64,000 nt of DNA. It comes from a virus (lineage: Duplodnaviria; Caudoviricetes). Of this stretch, positions 8,573 to 17,905 are shown in pieces. Made by a program: the position numbers and the translations under genes. The stretch is from positions 184,885-248,884 of IMG/VR virus record IMGVR_UViG_3300037312_000330, one strand, 5' to 3'. Position 1 is the stretch's first letter, and every line of letters begins with the position of its first letter. The notes beneath the pieces are model-generated. The model made no database searches. It saw only the letters and a list, made by a program, of their open reading frames with translations, and was not told the DNA's origin.

Positions 8573-10786
8573 GTGACCAAACTCCTAGAACTACAACTCC
8601 AGAACGTATTCCCATTCAAGAAAGCAACGCTGGACCTTGACTATGAGGGTGTGACAGTAGTAAAGGGTCTGAACAAGGATGACGGCCCGAAAGCCAGCAA
8701 TGCAGCGGGGAAGAGTCGTCTGGTTGGGGCACTGCCAGACCTAGTTCTGGACGAGAGCCCAACGGGAAAAGAAGACAAGAAGGCTGGGACTAAGAAGAAA
8801 CGCAAACAAGCAATTCGAGTGCGTCTGCAACGTGGTTCGCACGAGTATCAGATCACGAAGACGATCGGAAAAGGAAAGAGTTACGAGATCGTCCGTGATG
8901 GGAAGTCTATAAATGTACGGACCGTCAAGTATAGTCAGCAGAAGATCCAGGAGCTGTTCGGCTTCAGCACTGAAGACCAGTTCTACACACGATTCTACAT
9001 AGACGGGACCATTCCACACCCGCTTATTGTGGGTTCTGCCAGTCGCAGGCAGGAATACGTAGTCGATCTGTTCGATTTGAAGAACATCGACAGCATACGA
9101 AAACTACTGAATGCCGAACTCAATGCTATCAGCAAGAAGGCAATTGAGTACAAGACAGTTAAACGCACACTGGACGAGTTGCGTGAGGATCTGCTTCCCA
9201 AGGAAAAGCGTGTAGAACTCAAGAAACGTCTTGAACACTTGAAGTCCAAGCAGGAACGACTATCAGAGGATCTGAAGGCAAGCCAGCACATAAGTCAATT
9301 GCTTACGTTCGAGCGCCAGAACAAGCAACTACTGGACAAGTGGAAAGCGTTCCGACCGAAGGGTTCAAGTATTACAGAAGATATCCAGATAGTTCGTAAG
9401 AAGATAGGCAAAATACATGCTGATCGCGATGCAAGCGAGCAATGGCGCGCTTACGATCGTTCATACGAATCGTGGTGGAGCAGTTACGAGCCGGTAAAGA
9501 AGAAGTTATCCAAGCTGAACTCCGATGAAGAAACCGTCCGCAAAAGATGGATGGAAGTGTCAGAATTCAAGGCAATGATCAAGTCCCAGAAAGTGGGATC
9601 TGATCCAGGGGATAAGCCAGAAGAGGTCGATGAACCGAAGCACTCGTACGATGACTGCAAGCTCAAGGTGCATCAGTTTAGAGAGGAGCTAGAACATGCC
9701 AAGCATTTCAAGTCTGGTAAGTGTCCTACGTGTGGCAGCAAGGTCAAAGCGCGCTCAACAGAAGACATTGGAGCAGATCTTCGTAAGTGGGTCAATCGCA
9801 TCAATCAATGCGAGCGTCACGAGAGCTATACAAAGAAGCTTGAAACTTGGAAGCAACGACGCTCCGACTACGAAGAAACCAAACGAGTAGTATCTGACTT
9901 AGAACGGAAGATCGAGAAGCGTGCGCCGTTTGTTGCGGTGTACGAGATGCTGAAGAATGTCAGAGAAAAGCCGTCCAAGCCTATTGTTGAACGGCCTGAA
10001 GTAGAGTTCGATGCAGACAAGCTGGAGCGACTTCAATCCAGACTAGAGCTGTTAAAGCAGTTCGCAGATGTTTACGACACGCTGCAAGATGTCGTCAAAC
10101 TGAATGACGAGCAACGCGAACGTGCTGAACGTGCTGAGGAACACGTTCAGAAGCTGAACTCCATCATGGGTGAGATCAGCGATCTGACCACCAAACAAGC
10201 CCGCCAACACGAAATCATAAGCCGATTGCGTGTCTTGAAAGAGAAGTCTGATGTACTAAAAGAGGAATGCAAGGACGAGAAGATCCTAAAGGCATTGGTA
10301 GGTGCCTATTCCACGTCTGGACTTAAGAAGTTCATGATCCAACGCTATTCCAAGATGTTGGAGCAGCAGGTAAACAAGTACCGACGTATGTTCTTCTCTG
10401 AGGACTACGAGTTCGAATTCCGTTATGAGAGTGGTTTGAAGGTCATTGCCCATCGCCACTATGGAAAACGAACGGAGTCTTCTGATGTGCGCAAACTTTC
10501 AGGGGCGGAAAAACGGTTCTTCACGTTACTGTTGGTCGTTGCAACGAACACAATGCTTCCGGCCAAGAAGCGTATCAACGTCTTGATACTAGATGAACCA
10601 GAATCTCAGATGGGACCTCCGGCAATCGAGAGATTTGTCAAGACATTGTCTGTGTTGAACAAGCTGGTGCCGCACATTGTGATCGTCACACCAAAGACCG
10701 ACCTGGAAATTCCGGGCAGTCGTACGTTCACGGTAATTAAGCACAATGGCGTCTCAACTCTGACAAGGGACGTTGTTCAACGGTGA
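8573..10786 (+). CDS. sbcC: SbcC/Rad50 SMC-like ATPase
   Basis: Walker A SNAAGKS, coiled coils, zinc hook CPTCG, signature LSGAEK, Walker B LILDEPE. Confidence 0.92.
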   Translation: MTKLLELQLQNVFPFKKATLDLDYEGVTVVKGLNKDDGPKASNAAGKSRLVGALPDLVLDESPTGKEDKKAGTKKKRKQAIRVRLQRGSHEYQITKTIGKGKSYEIVRDGKSINVRTVKYSQQKIQELFGFSTEDQFYTRFYIDGTIPHPLIVGSASRRQEYVVDLFDLKNIDSIRKLLNAELNAISKKAIEYKTVKRTLDELREDLLPKEKRVELKKRLEHLKSKQERLSEDLKASQHISQLLTFERQNKQLLDKWKAFRPKGSSITEDIQIVRKKIGKIHADRDASEQWRAYDRSYESWWSSYEPVKKKLSKLNSDEETVRKRWMEVSEFKAMIKSQKVGSDPGDKPEEVDEPKHSYDDCKLKVHQFREELEHAKHFKSGKCPTCGSKVKARSTEDIGADLRKWVNRINQCERHESYTKKLETWKQRRSDYEETKRVVSDLERKIEKRAPFVAVYEMLKNVREKPSKPIVERPEVEFDADKLERLQSRLELLKQFADVYDTLQDVVKLNDEQRERAERAEEHVQKLNSIMGEISDLTTKQARQHEIISRLRVLKEKSDVLKEECKDEKILKALVGAYSTSGLKKFMIQRYSKMLEQQVNKYRRMFFSEDYEFEFRYESGLKVIAHRHYGKRTESSDVRKLSGAEKRFFTLLLVVATNTMLPAKKRINVLILDEPESQMGPPAIERFVKTLSVLNKLVPHIVIVTPKTDLEIPGSRTFTVIKHNGVSTLTRDVVQR

Positions 10787-11243
10787 AGCAATTTTATGTG
10801 TCGCACTCTGGCGGCACATGGGAGACATACACATGCAATCGCTTCACAACCTTAACATACGCCTTATCGAACACAAGAATTTCTTGTGGAATTGCACGGG
10901 TTACAACGATCCGTACGATATTGCGGATGAGATTGCCAGCCAACGGATCGCTAGCGGGATAGTGAAGGAATGTGCCTTGGTCATGGAAGAAAATCTGTGG
11001 CTCAAGTGGATCAGCGTGGAGACGGTGAAATCATCCTTCCGTTTGAACGTGCAGGCAGAATCAGCGGCGCGTGGTGTGATGGGAGTGTGGTATGCAGCGC
11101 ACTCTCAGGACGAAGTGATAGTTCTGTCTGATGCCAACGTCCATGTGCAGGACAGAATCATTTCGCATAGCAGCTACACGTTCGTCCACATATCTCAAGT
11201 CAAGTACCCCCGACAGTACGATGCTCCAGTGAGAAGGGTCTAA
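10773..11243 (+). CDS. Hypothetical protein
   Basis: ORF filling the operon; start uncertain. Confidence 0.5.
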   Translation: MFNGEAILCVALWRHMGDIHMQSLHNLNIRLIEHKNFLWNCTGYNDPYDIADEIASQRIASGIVKECALVMEENLWLKWISVETVKSSFRLNVQAESAARGVMGVWYAAHSQDEVIVLSDANVHVQDRIISHSSYTFVHISQVKYPRQYDAPVRRV

Positions 11244-11447
11244 ATGATAGACAGCAAAATAAGAAGCGTAGTCAAAACTGCGACATGGAGACTTGTAGGA
11301 AGTGGCAGCACCATGCTAATAGCCTTCGCCATTGGAGGCAACTGGAAAGCAGCGGGGACAATCGCTGTGATACAACTAGTGACCAACACGTTGCTGTACT
11401 ATGTTCACGAAAGGGCATGGACAGAGGTGGAGTGGGGCCGCAAATGA
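11244..11447 (+). CDS. DUF2061-like small membrane protein
   Basis: RSVVKTATWRLVG...two hydrophobic helices...LYYVHERAW..VEWG. Confidence 0.8.
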   Translation: MIDSKIRSVVKTATWRLVGSGSTMLIAFAIGGNWKAAGTIAVIQLVTNTLLYYVHERAWTEVEWGRK

Positions 11448-12190
11448 TAGTCGCACTATACGGACTTCCTGGACTTAGCTTTGCTGAGATCACATACATG
11501 CTGACGGATCTCGGTATTGGCTTCATGGCCGTTACTGACAGACCAATAAAAGTAGGTGATCCGGATCGCAAGCACGTTGTTCCAGTAGTGTTCAACTCTG
11601 CGCGTAGCTTCCTGATGAACCACACCAAAATCAAGTTCCGCGCTTGTGCTTTCGTGTGCGACACTTACGCTAAGCTGAAGAAGGAACATGGATGGGAAGT
11701 AGTTGGTGTAACGGAGATTAACAAGAAGAAACACGTCTACACACAGTTCCACAAGAGAGAGCTGGCAGATCTGTTGCAACATGCGGATAAGTTGCGCGGA
11801 AAGACCTGTTATGCCACTGAAACAAAGGTCTATGATCCTGCGTCAGATCTGATCAAGAAATTTGCTCAGTCAGCATTGGCACAGTCGCAGACCATGATGT
11901 ATAAGGTAAAGAATCAAGACCTTAGGTCCAAGACCTTCGCTCTAGTCAAAGGGTGGTTCATCGGAGACGTGAAGACACAAGAGACATTGAACAGCAGGCT
12001 CAGTGCCATTCACTCTAGTGACAAATACGTCACAGACCTGATGGTGGTGTTGACTTCCGTTCATGCTTTGTCTCTTAGAAGAGTGACCATCGAAAGCAGA
12101 AAGAACCCAACTAGGATCGAGGCGCTAACCAAGAAAGCCAACCTCAGTCCGTTTGACGTCCGTTACCTACTGAGCAAGGGGAAGCGATGA
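11444..12190 (+). CDS. Hypothetical protein
   Basis: ATG at 11444 overlaps the upstream TGA; 248 aa. Confidence 0.65.
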   Translation: MIVALYGLPGLSFAEITYMLTDLGIGFMAVTDRPIKVGDPDRKHVVPVVFNSARSFLMNHTKIKFRACAFVCDTYAKLKKEHGWEVVGVTEINKKKHVYTQFHKRELADLLQHADKLRGKTCYATETKVYDPASDLIKKFAQSALAQSQTMMYKVKNQDLRSKTFALVKGWFIGDVKTQETLNSRLSAIHSSDKYVTDLMVVLTSVHALSLRRVTIESRKNPTRIEALTKKANLSPFDVRYLLSKGKR

Positions 12191-12393
12191 ACAGACAGAT
12201 TGGCGAACGAGTGGCGTTCACGTGGAATGGGCGTTTCTTCCACGGAGTTATCTCTGAGATAGAGCACAGTCCACTATCCGGTGGGAACAACGTATATATC
12301 ACGAACTTCGAACCATACGATGCAAACACACTAGTCGAGACAATAGGCTGTGTGGTGAGGAAAGAATGGCAACTGATGACAATCGTCCAGTAA
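12187..12393 (+). CDS. Hypothetical protein (SH3-like beta pattern)
   Basis: IGERVAFTWNGRFFHGVISEI; ATGA coupling. Confidence 0.5.
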   Translation: MNRQIGERVAFTWNGRFFHGVISEIEHSPLSGGNNVYITNFEPYDANTLVETIGCVVRKEWQLMTIVQ

Positions 12394-12608
12394 TCGAAGG
12401 AAAACCACGTCAACACGCGCTGATGGTAAACCCATTTACTCAACGGCGAGCCAATTCAATGTTGAAGATGCGTAGAGAAGCGCGTGTACGTCTCAGAGCA
12501 CCCAACGGAGGATACTTCGCTGGTGAAATCGAGAGTGGATACTGTTTGGACAGACCGGACATCGAAGCCTCATATCTGCATATAGAAGTGTCTAGGTTGA
12601 TCCTATGA
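12366..12608 (+). CDS. Hypothetical protein
   Basis: ORF in operon. Confidence 0.45.
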   Translation: MATDDNRPVIEGKPRQHALMVNPFTQRRANSMLKMRREARVRLRAPNGGYFAGEIESGYCLDRPDIEASYLHIEVSRLIL

Positions 12609-12829
12609 ACTGGTCGCATCCAAATGGGCACTATTGGCAATACTGCGATTACTGTGAAGCTTGGATGGTGATCTGTGGTCGATGTGGGAACAATTGCTGC
12701 AATGGTGGTTATGGGGAAGAGATTGGACCCGAACCAGGAACACTGATCCAATGTCGTTTGTGTGAAGAGGCCTACGCTCTACAAGCAAGCGGTGAAGGAC
12801 AACCAACACCAGACGCGCCAAAGGAATAA
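12605..12829 (+). CDS. Small Cys-rich zinc-binding protein
   Basis: CDYC...CGRCGNNCCNGG...CRLC. Confidence 0.6.
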   Translation: MNWSHPNGHYWQYCDYCEAWMVICGRCGNNCCNGGYGEEIGPEPGTLIQCRLCEEAYALQASGEGQPTPDAPKE

Positions 12830-12831
12830 AT

Positions 12832-13182
12832 ATGAGTGAAGCGACAAATCAAGTAAAGATGACTTGGTACAGCGACCTGTCACGAGACGAGAGCAAGCTG
12901 GTGGTCAGCGAGACAGGCCTGATTGTAGCTCGTATTAAGAAAGATATTATTAGTGGAGAATGGTCGGTCAGCGTGTTTATGCAGGACGACCCGAGTCATC
13001 TCGACATGTATTCCGCCGTCTGGACACCGAAATCCAGTGGTCGTATGGTTATGAAATACATCGGTCACTACCTTAGTCAAGAACAGGCGAAACAAGCGGC
13101 AAAGCTTCGTTATCTCTCAGAGATTGAGAAAGCTGAAAGAACAAGTGACCATCAAGATAAGGGTGGCAATAGCATTGCCTAA
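12832..13182 (+). CDS. Hypothetical protein
   Basis: AAGGA RBS, 116 aa. Confidence 0.55.
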   Translation: MSEATNQVKMTWYSDLSRDESKLVVSETGLIVARIKKDIISGEWSVSVFMQDDPSHLDMYSAVWTPKSSGRMVMKYIGHYLSQEQAKQAAKLRYLSEIEKAERTSDHQDKGGNSIA

Positions 13183-13190
13183 TTTGATGT
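13180..13190 (+). promoter_or_regulatory. Class B motif TAATTTGATGT (candidate late promoter)
   Basis: ~34 nt upstream of the Ig-domain virion gene; the same 11-mer occurs upstream of the portal operon. Confidence 0.55.
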
Positions 13191-13223
13191 CATCAATCGG
13201 TAACCCTCTCTAGAGGACACAAA

Positions 13224-13901
13224 ATGGCAATCCTTTTCCGCACTACGTTCCTCCCGATTATTCGCTCTCTGACTAAGGAAGTTCTGGGCGGATATAACCT
13301 CGGAGGCTTCAAGGGATTCGTTGGAACAGAAACCACTTGGACGCTGCCTTCCGGCAAGACCATCAATATCCAAAAGTGGACAACCACTTCTCCAAACACT
13401 TCTGGACGTCTTGCACCGTGGGTAATGGCATCGGTAATCGATGAACCGACGTACAAGAATCAGTTCTACATGGGATATGCAGAGTGGCAGCCCGTGAGTG
13501 GAGTAATGGACAATACGCAGTGGAACTCTTCTGCCGGTTCTCCAAACGTTCAGCAGTACACTCAAGGTACTCTGCTTTCCACGTTCTCTGCTCAGGCGAC
13601 GCTGTCGCGTTCTCCAGTAAACAACGTAGCTCCGGTTCTCAGCGGTAGTACGACATCCGCATCCGGTCAAGCCACGTGCAACACTGGAACGTGGGTCGGC
13701 GGAACGATCGTCTACTCATATCAGTGGTATCTCGAATCTGGGGTTGGGACAGGTGTGTTCAATGCCGTGAACGGAGCCACCGCCTCTACATGGACGATCA
13801 CTGCCAGCAACACTGGAAAGAAGATGTATTGTGCTGTCAAGGCTACGGACAGTTCTGGCAGCACCGTTGCGAACAGCAACCAAGTAGCGATCACAGGTTA
13901 A
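13224..13901 (+). CDS. Probable virion structural protein with C-terminal Ig-like domain
   Basis: APVLSG...TCNTGTW...YSYQWY...GATASTWTITASNTGKKMYCAVKAT, a typical Ig-like repeat; Thr/Ser/Gly rich. Confidence 0.7.
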   Translation: MAILFRTTFLPIIRSLTKEVLGGYNLGGFKGFVGTETTWTLPSGKTINIQKWTTTSPNTSGRLAPWVMASVIDEPTYKNQFYMGYAEWQPVSGVMDNTQWNSSAGSPNVQQYTQGTLLSTFSAQATLSRSPVNNVAPVLSGSTTSASGQATCNTGTWVGGTIVYSYQWYLESGVGTGVFNAVNGATASTWTITASNTGKKMYCAVKATDSSGSTVANSNQVAITG

Positions 13902-13910
13902 TCTGGATAG

Positions 13911-13924
13911 TGTAAAGTAAGAAC
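13911..13924 (+). promoter_or_regulatory. Class A motif TGTAAAGTAAGAAC
   Basis: The same 14-mer occurs at 60303-60316; upstream of the dUTPase. Confidence 0.6.
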
Positions 13925-13944
13925 GTTAACAACTGAGGTAAAAC

Positions 13945-14676
13945 ATGGAAGAAAGTAAAGGAGTTCGCACACCGAACTATTGCATCGAGGAGATGCTGAA
14001 GATCCAGAACGAGCTCAACATCAAGTCCTACAATGTGGCGTGGCTCGAGAAGGGCGGAACTGAAGAATTCGACTATTCGATGGCGGCAGGTGATGAAGCG
14101 CACGAGTATGCACGGAGTCTGCCGTTCGAGTGGTGGAAGAAGAACGCCCCGGATCGTCAGAACCAAGTTACTGAGATCGTTGATGCGTGGCATTTCGTCA
14201 TGAGTCAATTGATCATCGATAACATGGGGAACATTGGACGTGCGTATGCCACAGCACGTGACTCCTACCTGAGTTGGCGTGGCGTAATCACAGAACCTCT
14301 GACAGAGAAGAAAGCGACGAAGCTGTTCGTGGCTGCCATCTATCTACGCGGTTCGCAATTCGCGTCTCCGTGCGACTACATGTCTGCTTTCTGGTCGTGG
14401 TGTGATGCAGCGAACGTGGATCTCGATCTGCTGTATGCTCGCTATATTGCCAAGGCCACACTGAACAAGTTCCGTGTGGAAAACGGCTACAAGGAAGGCA
14501 AGTACACCAAATCTTGGTGTATCGGCGACGAACGCGGCGAAGACAACTACTTCCTGTCGAAGTGGGTGGATCATCGTATCAGTATCGGACACACGCCTAC
14601 TGCTGATGATGTTTCCTTGTGGCTTCCTGAGATGTACGCTCAAGTACTTCGTGCAACTGCTCCGGCGACTTCCTAA
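13945..14676 (+). CDS. dut: Dimeric all-alpha dUTPase (dUTPase_2 family)
   Basis: DEAHE, FEWWKK, EIVDAWHF, YIAKATLNKFRVENGYKEGKY.K.W and GEDN. Confidence 0.85.
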   Translation: MEESKGVRTPNYCIEEMLKIQNELNIKSYNVAWLEKGGTEEFDYSMAAGDEAHEYARSLPFEWWKKNAPDRQNQVTEIVDAWHFVMSQLIIDNMGNIGRAYATARDSYLSWRGVITEPLTEKKATKLFVAAIYLRGSQFASPCDYMSAFWSWCDAANVDLDLLYARYIAKATLNKFRVENGYKEGKYTKSWCIGDERGEDNYFLSKWVDHRISIGHTPTADDVSLWLPEMYAQVLRATAPATS

Positions 14677-14688
14677 CAAAACCAAATC

Positions 14689-14716
14689 AAAAGGGCCCCT
14701 AGGGGCCCTTTCTTTT
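14689..14716. terminator. Bidirectional Rho-independent terminator between convergent blocks
   Basis: AAAAGGGCCCC-TA-GGGGCCCTTTCTTTT palindrome with A/T tracts on both sides. Confidence 0.85.
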
Positions 14717-14726
14717 ACTTATCCAC

Positions 14727-15416
14727 TTAGTAAACTTCTGCTCTTGTTATCTCAATAGTCGCTGTGCCGCCAACTACGTACACGCCGTGACCAAGTCCAG
14801 TTCCACCACCGAACACCAGACCGTCACGTCCAGTGTTATCGATCGCACCCTGGAATCCAGTAGGATTAGTCGCTTTAGATGAAGTCAGGATCGCAGTCCA
14901 GTTCTGGTCGAATCTGACGTTGAACGAGAATGGTCCGGCTGCGATTGGGGTCATCGTCGCAAACGAGGCATACCAACGATACGCCTCGTATTCACCTTGT
15001 GCAGTCCAGTTATCACCCTTCCGTTGGAAGTATGGTGTCATCATCGATGGGCCATTCGGTTCAGTAGTTGGCACTAGCTTGGCACCCGGAGAAAGTTTGA
15101 TGTTTCCTTCGTAGATGACACCGGTCTTTCCTGTGAGTGCCGATGAGGACTTCGTCAGATAGTGGAGACCATCTTGTGTTGGAACGTCAAATTCGAACCC
15201 GTTAGCAGTCTTGCGTATCGTTCCCATGTTGGGGGATTCGGTCAGACCGTTTATGACTGGACCGAATTGCCAGTTTGCCGGATCCAATGGGTCGACGCTT
15301 ACACCACCATCGGACAGACTATTACCACTTGAACCACTCTTGTTAGTGACAAGATAGACGACTATCCCTACCAGAGCTATGATGGCGACTATGTAGGTTG
15401 GATTTATGTTTGTCAT
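14727..15416 (-). CDS. Membrane-anchored beta-rich protein (hypothetical)
   Basis: N-terminal TM helix YIVAIIALVGIVVYLV, Ser/Gly linker, then an aromatic/Gly-rich domain (YFQRKGDNW, YRWY, FGGGTGLGHGVY). Confidence 0.65.
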   Translation of the reverse strand: MTNINPTYIVAIIALVGIVVYLVTNKSGSSGNSLSDGGVSVDPLDPANWQFGPVINGLTESPNMGTIRKTANGFEFDVPTQDGLHYLTKSSSALTGKTGVIYEGNIKLSPGAKLVPTTEPNGPSMMTPYFQRKGDNWTAQGEYEAYRWYASFATMTPIAAGPFSFNVRFDQNWTAILTSSKATNPTGFQGAIDNTGRDGLVFGGGTGLGHGVYVVGGTATIEITRAEVY

Positions 15417-17116
15417 TCATCACCCTTCTTAGCTATCTTTTCAAGGTTCTTAGGCATACGCAGGTCCAATGCCTTATAGAATTGGATCATCACGTTTGGA
15501 TCTATGTAGTTGCCCATCGCCGTCGCTCCGGTAACCTTCTGCTGTTTGCCAACTCCACGAACGTGTCCAAGCAGCGCACCCACTTGCGTGCAGATCTCCT
15601 TGAACAGCTTGTCACCTTGAGCTTGCGTCATCGACCCGGGAGTCATCTCCTTCTTGTGTTGCGCAACTAGGTCCATGAATAGTTGCGTTCCCTTGACGTG
15701 ACGTACCTTGTGCGGAGTAGACTTAGCAGGAGCACCCAGCTTTCGGAAGATACCGCGAAGCTCGCCACCAGAAATAGCATGGAGACGACCACGATCATCT
15801 TCATATTGGAACACCTTGTCATTCGGCTGCTTGTTCTTGCAGAACATGATTATGTTCGATGCCATGAACTTAGCTTCCTGACTTGCTCCACCGTTGATTA
15901 CGTGTATCTGCCTTACTGCATCTTTTCCAGGATACTGTAGCGTCACGGTGTTGCCATCGATCTTTACGTGGCGACGTTCAAGTGTCGCAATGCCGTATGT
16001 AGAAACACGTCCACGTGTCGTTTGAGTGGCGTTACCTTTAGTCCCAAGACGGGCGCCAAACGCCCACACAGTCTGTAGAACAGTCGCAGCAACACAAGCA
16101 CGGCTGAAGTCATGGCGGCGCAGAAGCGGCAACCACGTCTTCTGGATCATATTGATCTTCTTCATGAGTGCCTGCACTGCAGCGAACTTCACCTCGTTAG
16201 CGCCCTTGCGATACGACTTGGTGTAAACGTGCTGGCTTACCTTATCGTCCGACACCCTTACCGTGTTATAGACGAATTCGTTGTCTTCCTTCGGATCATA
16301 ATCTGGATTCATCCGAATCACGAAGCCACTGTCTTTTGTCGGTATGCTGCCGAGGATTGCCTTACCAGCCTTCGTGTAGATCTTCCCGTTAGCATCCATC
16401 AAACCGTCGAATCCTGGAGTCAACGGATTGTCTATCTTCTTGCTGTTCAGGTAGTTGTAGATGTCCTTATACGGAACTGCCTTCTTGCCCGATTTGTTGA
16501 CAAACGCAACCAACTCATCACGCCAAACAGCATTGTATGCAGTACGGAGGCGTTTGTACTCGCGAAATACGTCGCGATTCTTTGCCTTCAGTTTCTGCAT
16601 CTCCTCCTTCGTCAACTGTGTGCCTTTGCGTTTGCCCACAGCTTGCACGATCTTCTCTAGAGGCTTGATGAAGTCTTTTTGTGACTTCGGTTCCGGAGTA
16701 AGCACCTTGATGAATGCTTTGTCGCCTGTCTCGTTTACCAAAGTCCGCAGTTTGCGGATTGCTGGTTCGCCGTTGTTAATCAGATACGCAGTTGTGCACT
16801 TGAGAAAGTCAATTGTCGTGTGTGAAAATTTGGTGTCTGTCTTGATTTCTTCTCTGACACCGGCACGCAGCTCTTTCATGCGTGCCTTCAACTCGTCGTG
16901 ATCGACTTCTTCCCCCTTTACGATACGTATAAGTGTACTCACGACGTCTACAGACATCATGGACTCAGCGCGTTTCGCACCACTGGCGACGCTGGTGGCT
17001 AGCGTCTTAAGTTCTTTGTTCGTTTCGCCGTTGCTAACCACAGCGCAGGCTGCTGTCAAAAGCTTGATCAGCGACTCCACCTGAATGGCTGGGATGGAGG
17101 CTAAAACGAATTCCAT
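15413..17116 (-). CDS. topIB: Type IB DNA topoisomerase-like protein
   Basis: Catalytic-domain motifs in order: FGARLG (R), YGIATLERRHV, LQYPGKD (K), TPHKVRH (R), LLGH, and GNYIDP (catalytic Y). Confidence 0.8.
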   Translation of the reverse strand: MEFVLASIPAIQVESLIKLLTAACAVVSNGETNKELKTLATSVASGAKRAESMMSVDVVSTLIRIVKGEEVDHDELKARMKELRAGVREEIKTDTKFSHTTIDFLKCTTAYLINNGEPAIRKLRTLVNETGDKAFIKVLTPEPKSQKDFIKPLEKIVQAVGKRKGTQLTKEEMQKLKAKNRDVFREYKRLRTAYNAVWRDELVAFVNKSGKKAVPYKDIYNYLNSKKIDNPLTPGFDGLMDANGKIYTKAGKAILGSIPTKDSGFVIRMNPDYDPKEDNEFVYNTVRVSDDKVSQHVYTKSYRKGANEVKFAAVQALMKKINMIQKTWLPLLRRHDFSRACVAATVLQTVWAFGARLGTKGNATQTTRGRVSTYGIATLERRHVKIDGNTVTLQYPGKDAVRQIHVINGGASQEAKFMASNIIMFCKNKQPNDKVFQYEDDRGRLHAISGGELRGIFRKLGAPAKSTPHKVRHVKGTQLFMDLVAQHKKEMTPGSMTQAQGDKLFKEICTQVGALLGHVRGVGKQQKVTGATAMGNYIDPNVMIQFYKALDLRMPKNLEKIAKKGDE

Positions 17117-17141
17117 GGATTCCTCTTGTTATGGTGATATG

Positions 17142-17609
17142 TCACTGCAAAGGCGCAACTTCGTAGTTGTAGCCTGGATCTTTGTGCTGGAAGTGTGAGA
17201 TCATCACACGGAACTTGTATTCCGGTATCTGACTGTCCTTGCACCATTGGATTACAGCAAACGTCAACGCTTGATCTGGACTGCGTGCCAGATGAGTTGT
17301 CGATCTGTGTTCTGTTCCCATCCAGAGTTTAACTGTATAACGACGCTGCGGGCGTTGCGCTACAGGTCGCAGAAACACTGTGAACTTGCGTCGGCCATCC
17401 GTAGTGGTCCCGTTGTAAGCAATGTTGTGCATCTGCATGAAGTTCTTGTCGATGTAGTAAGCAGCTCCGCCTATGCGGACGATTAGTGCTTTACCAGACT
17501 GCTGGAATGTCGTTGGCACCCAAATTGTCTGTCCGTCTTTAGTTACAGGGAAGTCTACTAAATCGTTTGGACGAGGTTCGAATCGTCCTGGTTTTGAAGG
17601 CTGCGCCAC
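17142..17609 (-). CDS. Hypothetical protein
   Basis: GAGGAGG RBS before GTG. Confidence 0.6.
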   Translation of the reverse strand: MAQPSKPGRFEPRPNDLVDFPVTKDGQTIWVPTTFQQSGKALIVRIGGAAYYIDKNFMQMHNIAYNGTTTDGRRKFTVFLRPVAQRPQRRYTVKLWMGTEHRSTTHLARSPDQALTFAVIQWCKDSQIPEYKFRVMISHFQHKDPGYNYEVAPLQ

Positions 17610-17648
17610 TTTCCCTCCTCTGGCATACGCCTATCCCCATTCGTTCAC

Positions 17649-17894
17649 CTAAGTGCGATCGTTTCCGTCGCACTCGTCTTTATCTATGTCAAAGTGGAAG
17701 TGACCAGCCCCGTCGGCCAGCACATCAATGTCCTTGATGTGCCCCATATAGCAGTGTATGCGGATCTCAGCATTGGAATCTGCATTCATCACTTCCGTCT
17801 TGTTATACTTCTGCTGGACTGTGCATCCCTGCATCATGATTACAATGATAGCTGCCACTACAGCAAAAACTACCACGGCTACAAAGAACTTCAT
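17649..17894 (-). CDS. Small secreted/lipoprotein-like hypothetical protein
   Basis: Hydrophobic N-terminus ending in MQGC. Confidence 0.5.
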   Translation of the reverse strand: MKFFVAVVVFAVVAAIIVIMMQGCTVQQKYNKTEVMNADSNAEIRIHCYMGHIKDIDVLADGAGHFHFDIDKDECDGNDRT

Positions 17895-17905
17895 GTCTGG
17901 ACTGC

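Noticed and set aside
8458-8640. 60-aa ORF between ORF 8037 and sbcC
   Set aside because: It overlaps the sbcC start region and has no RBS. Its ATG lies within a class A motif, so it may just be promoter sequence.
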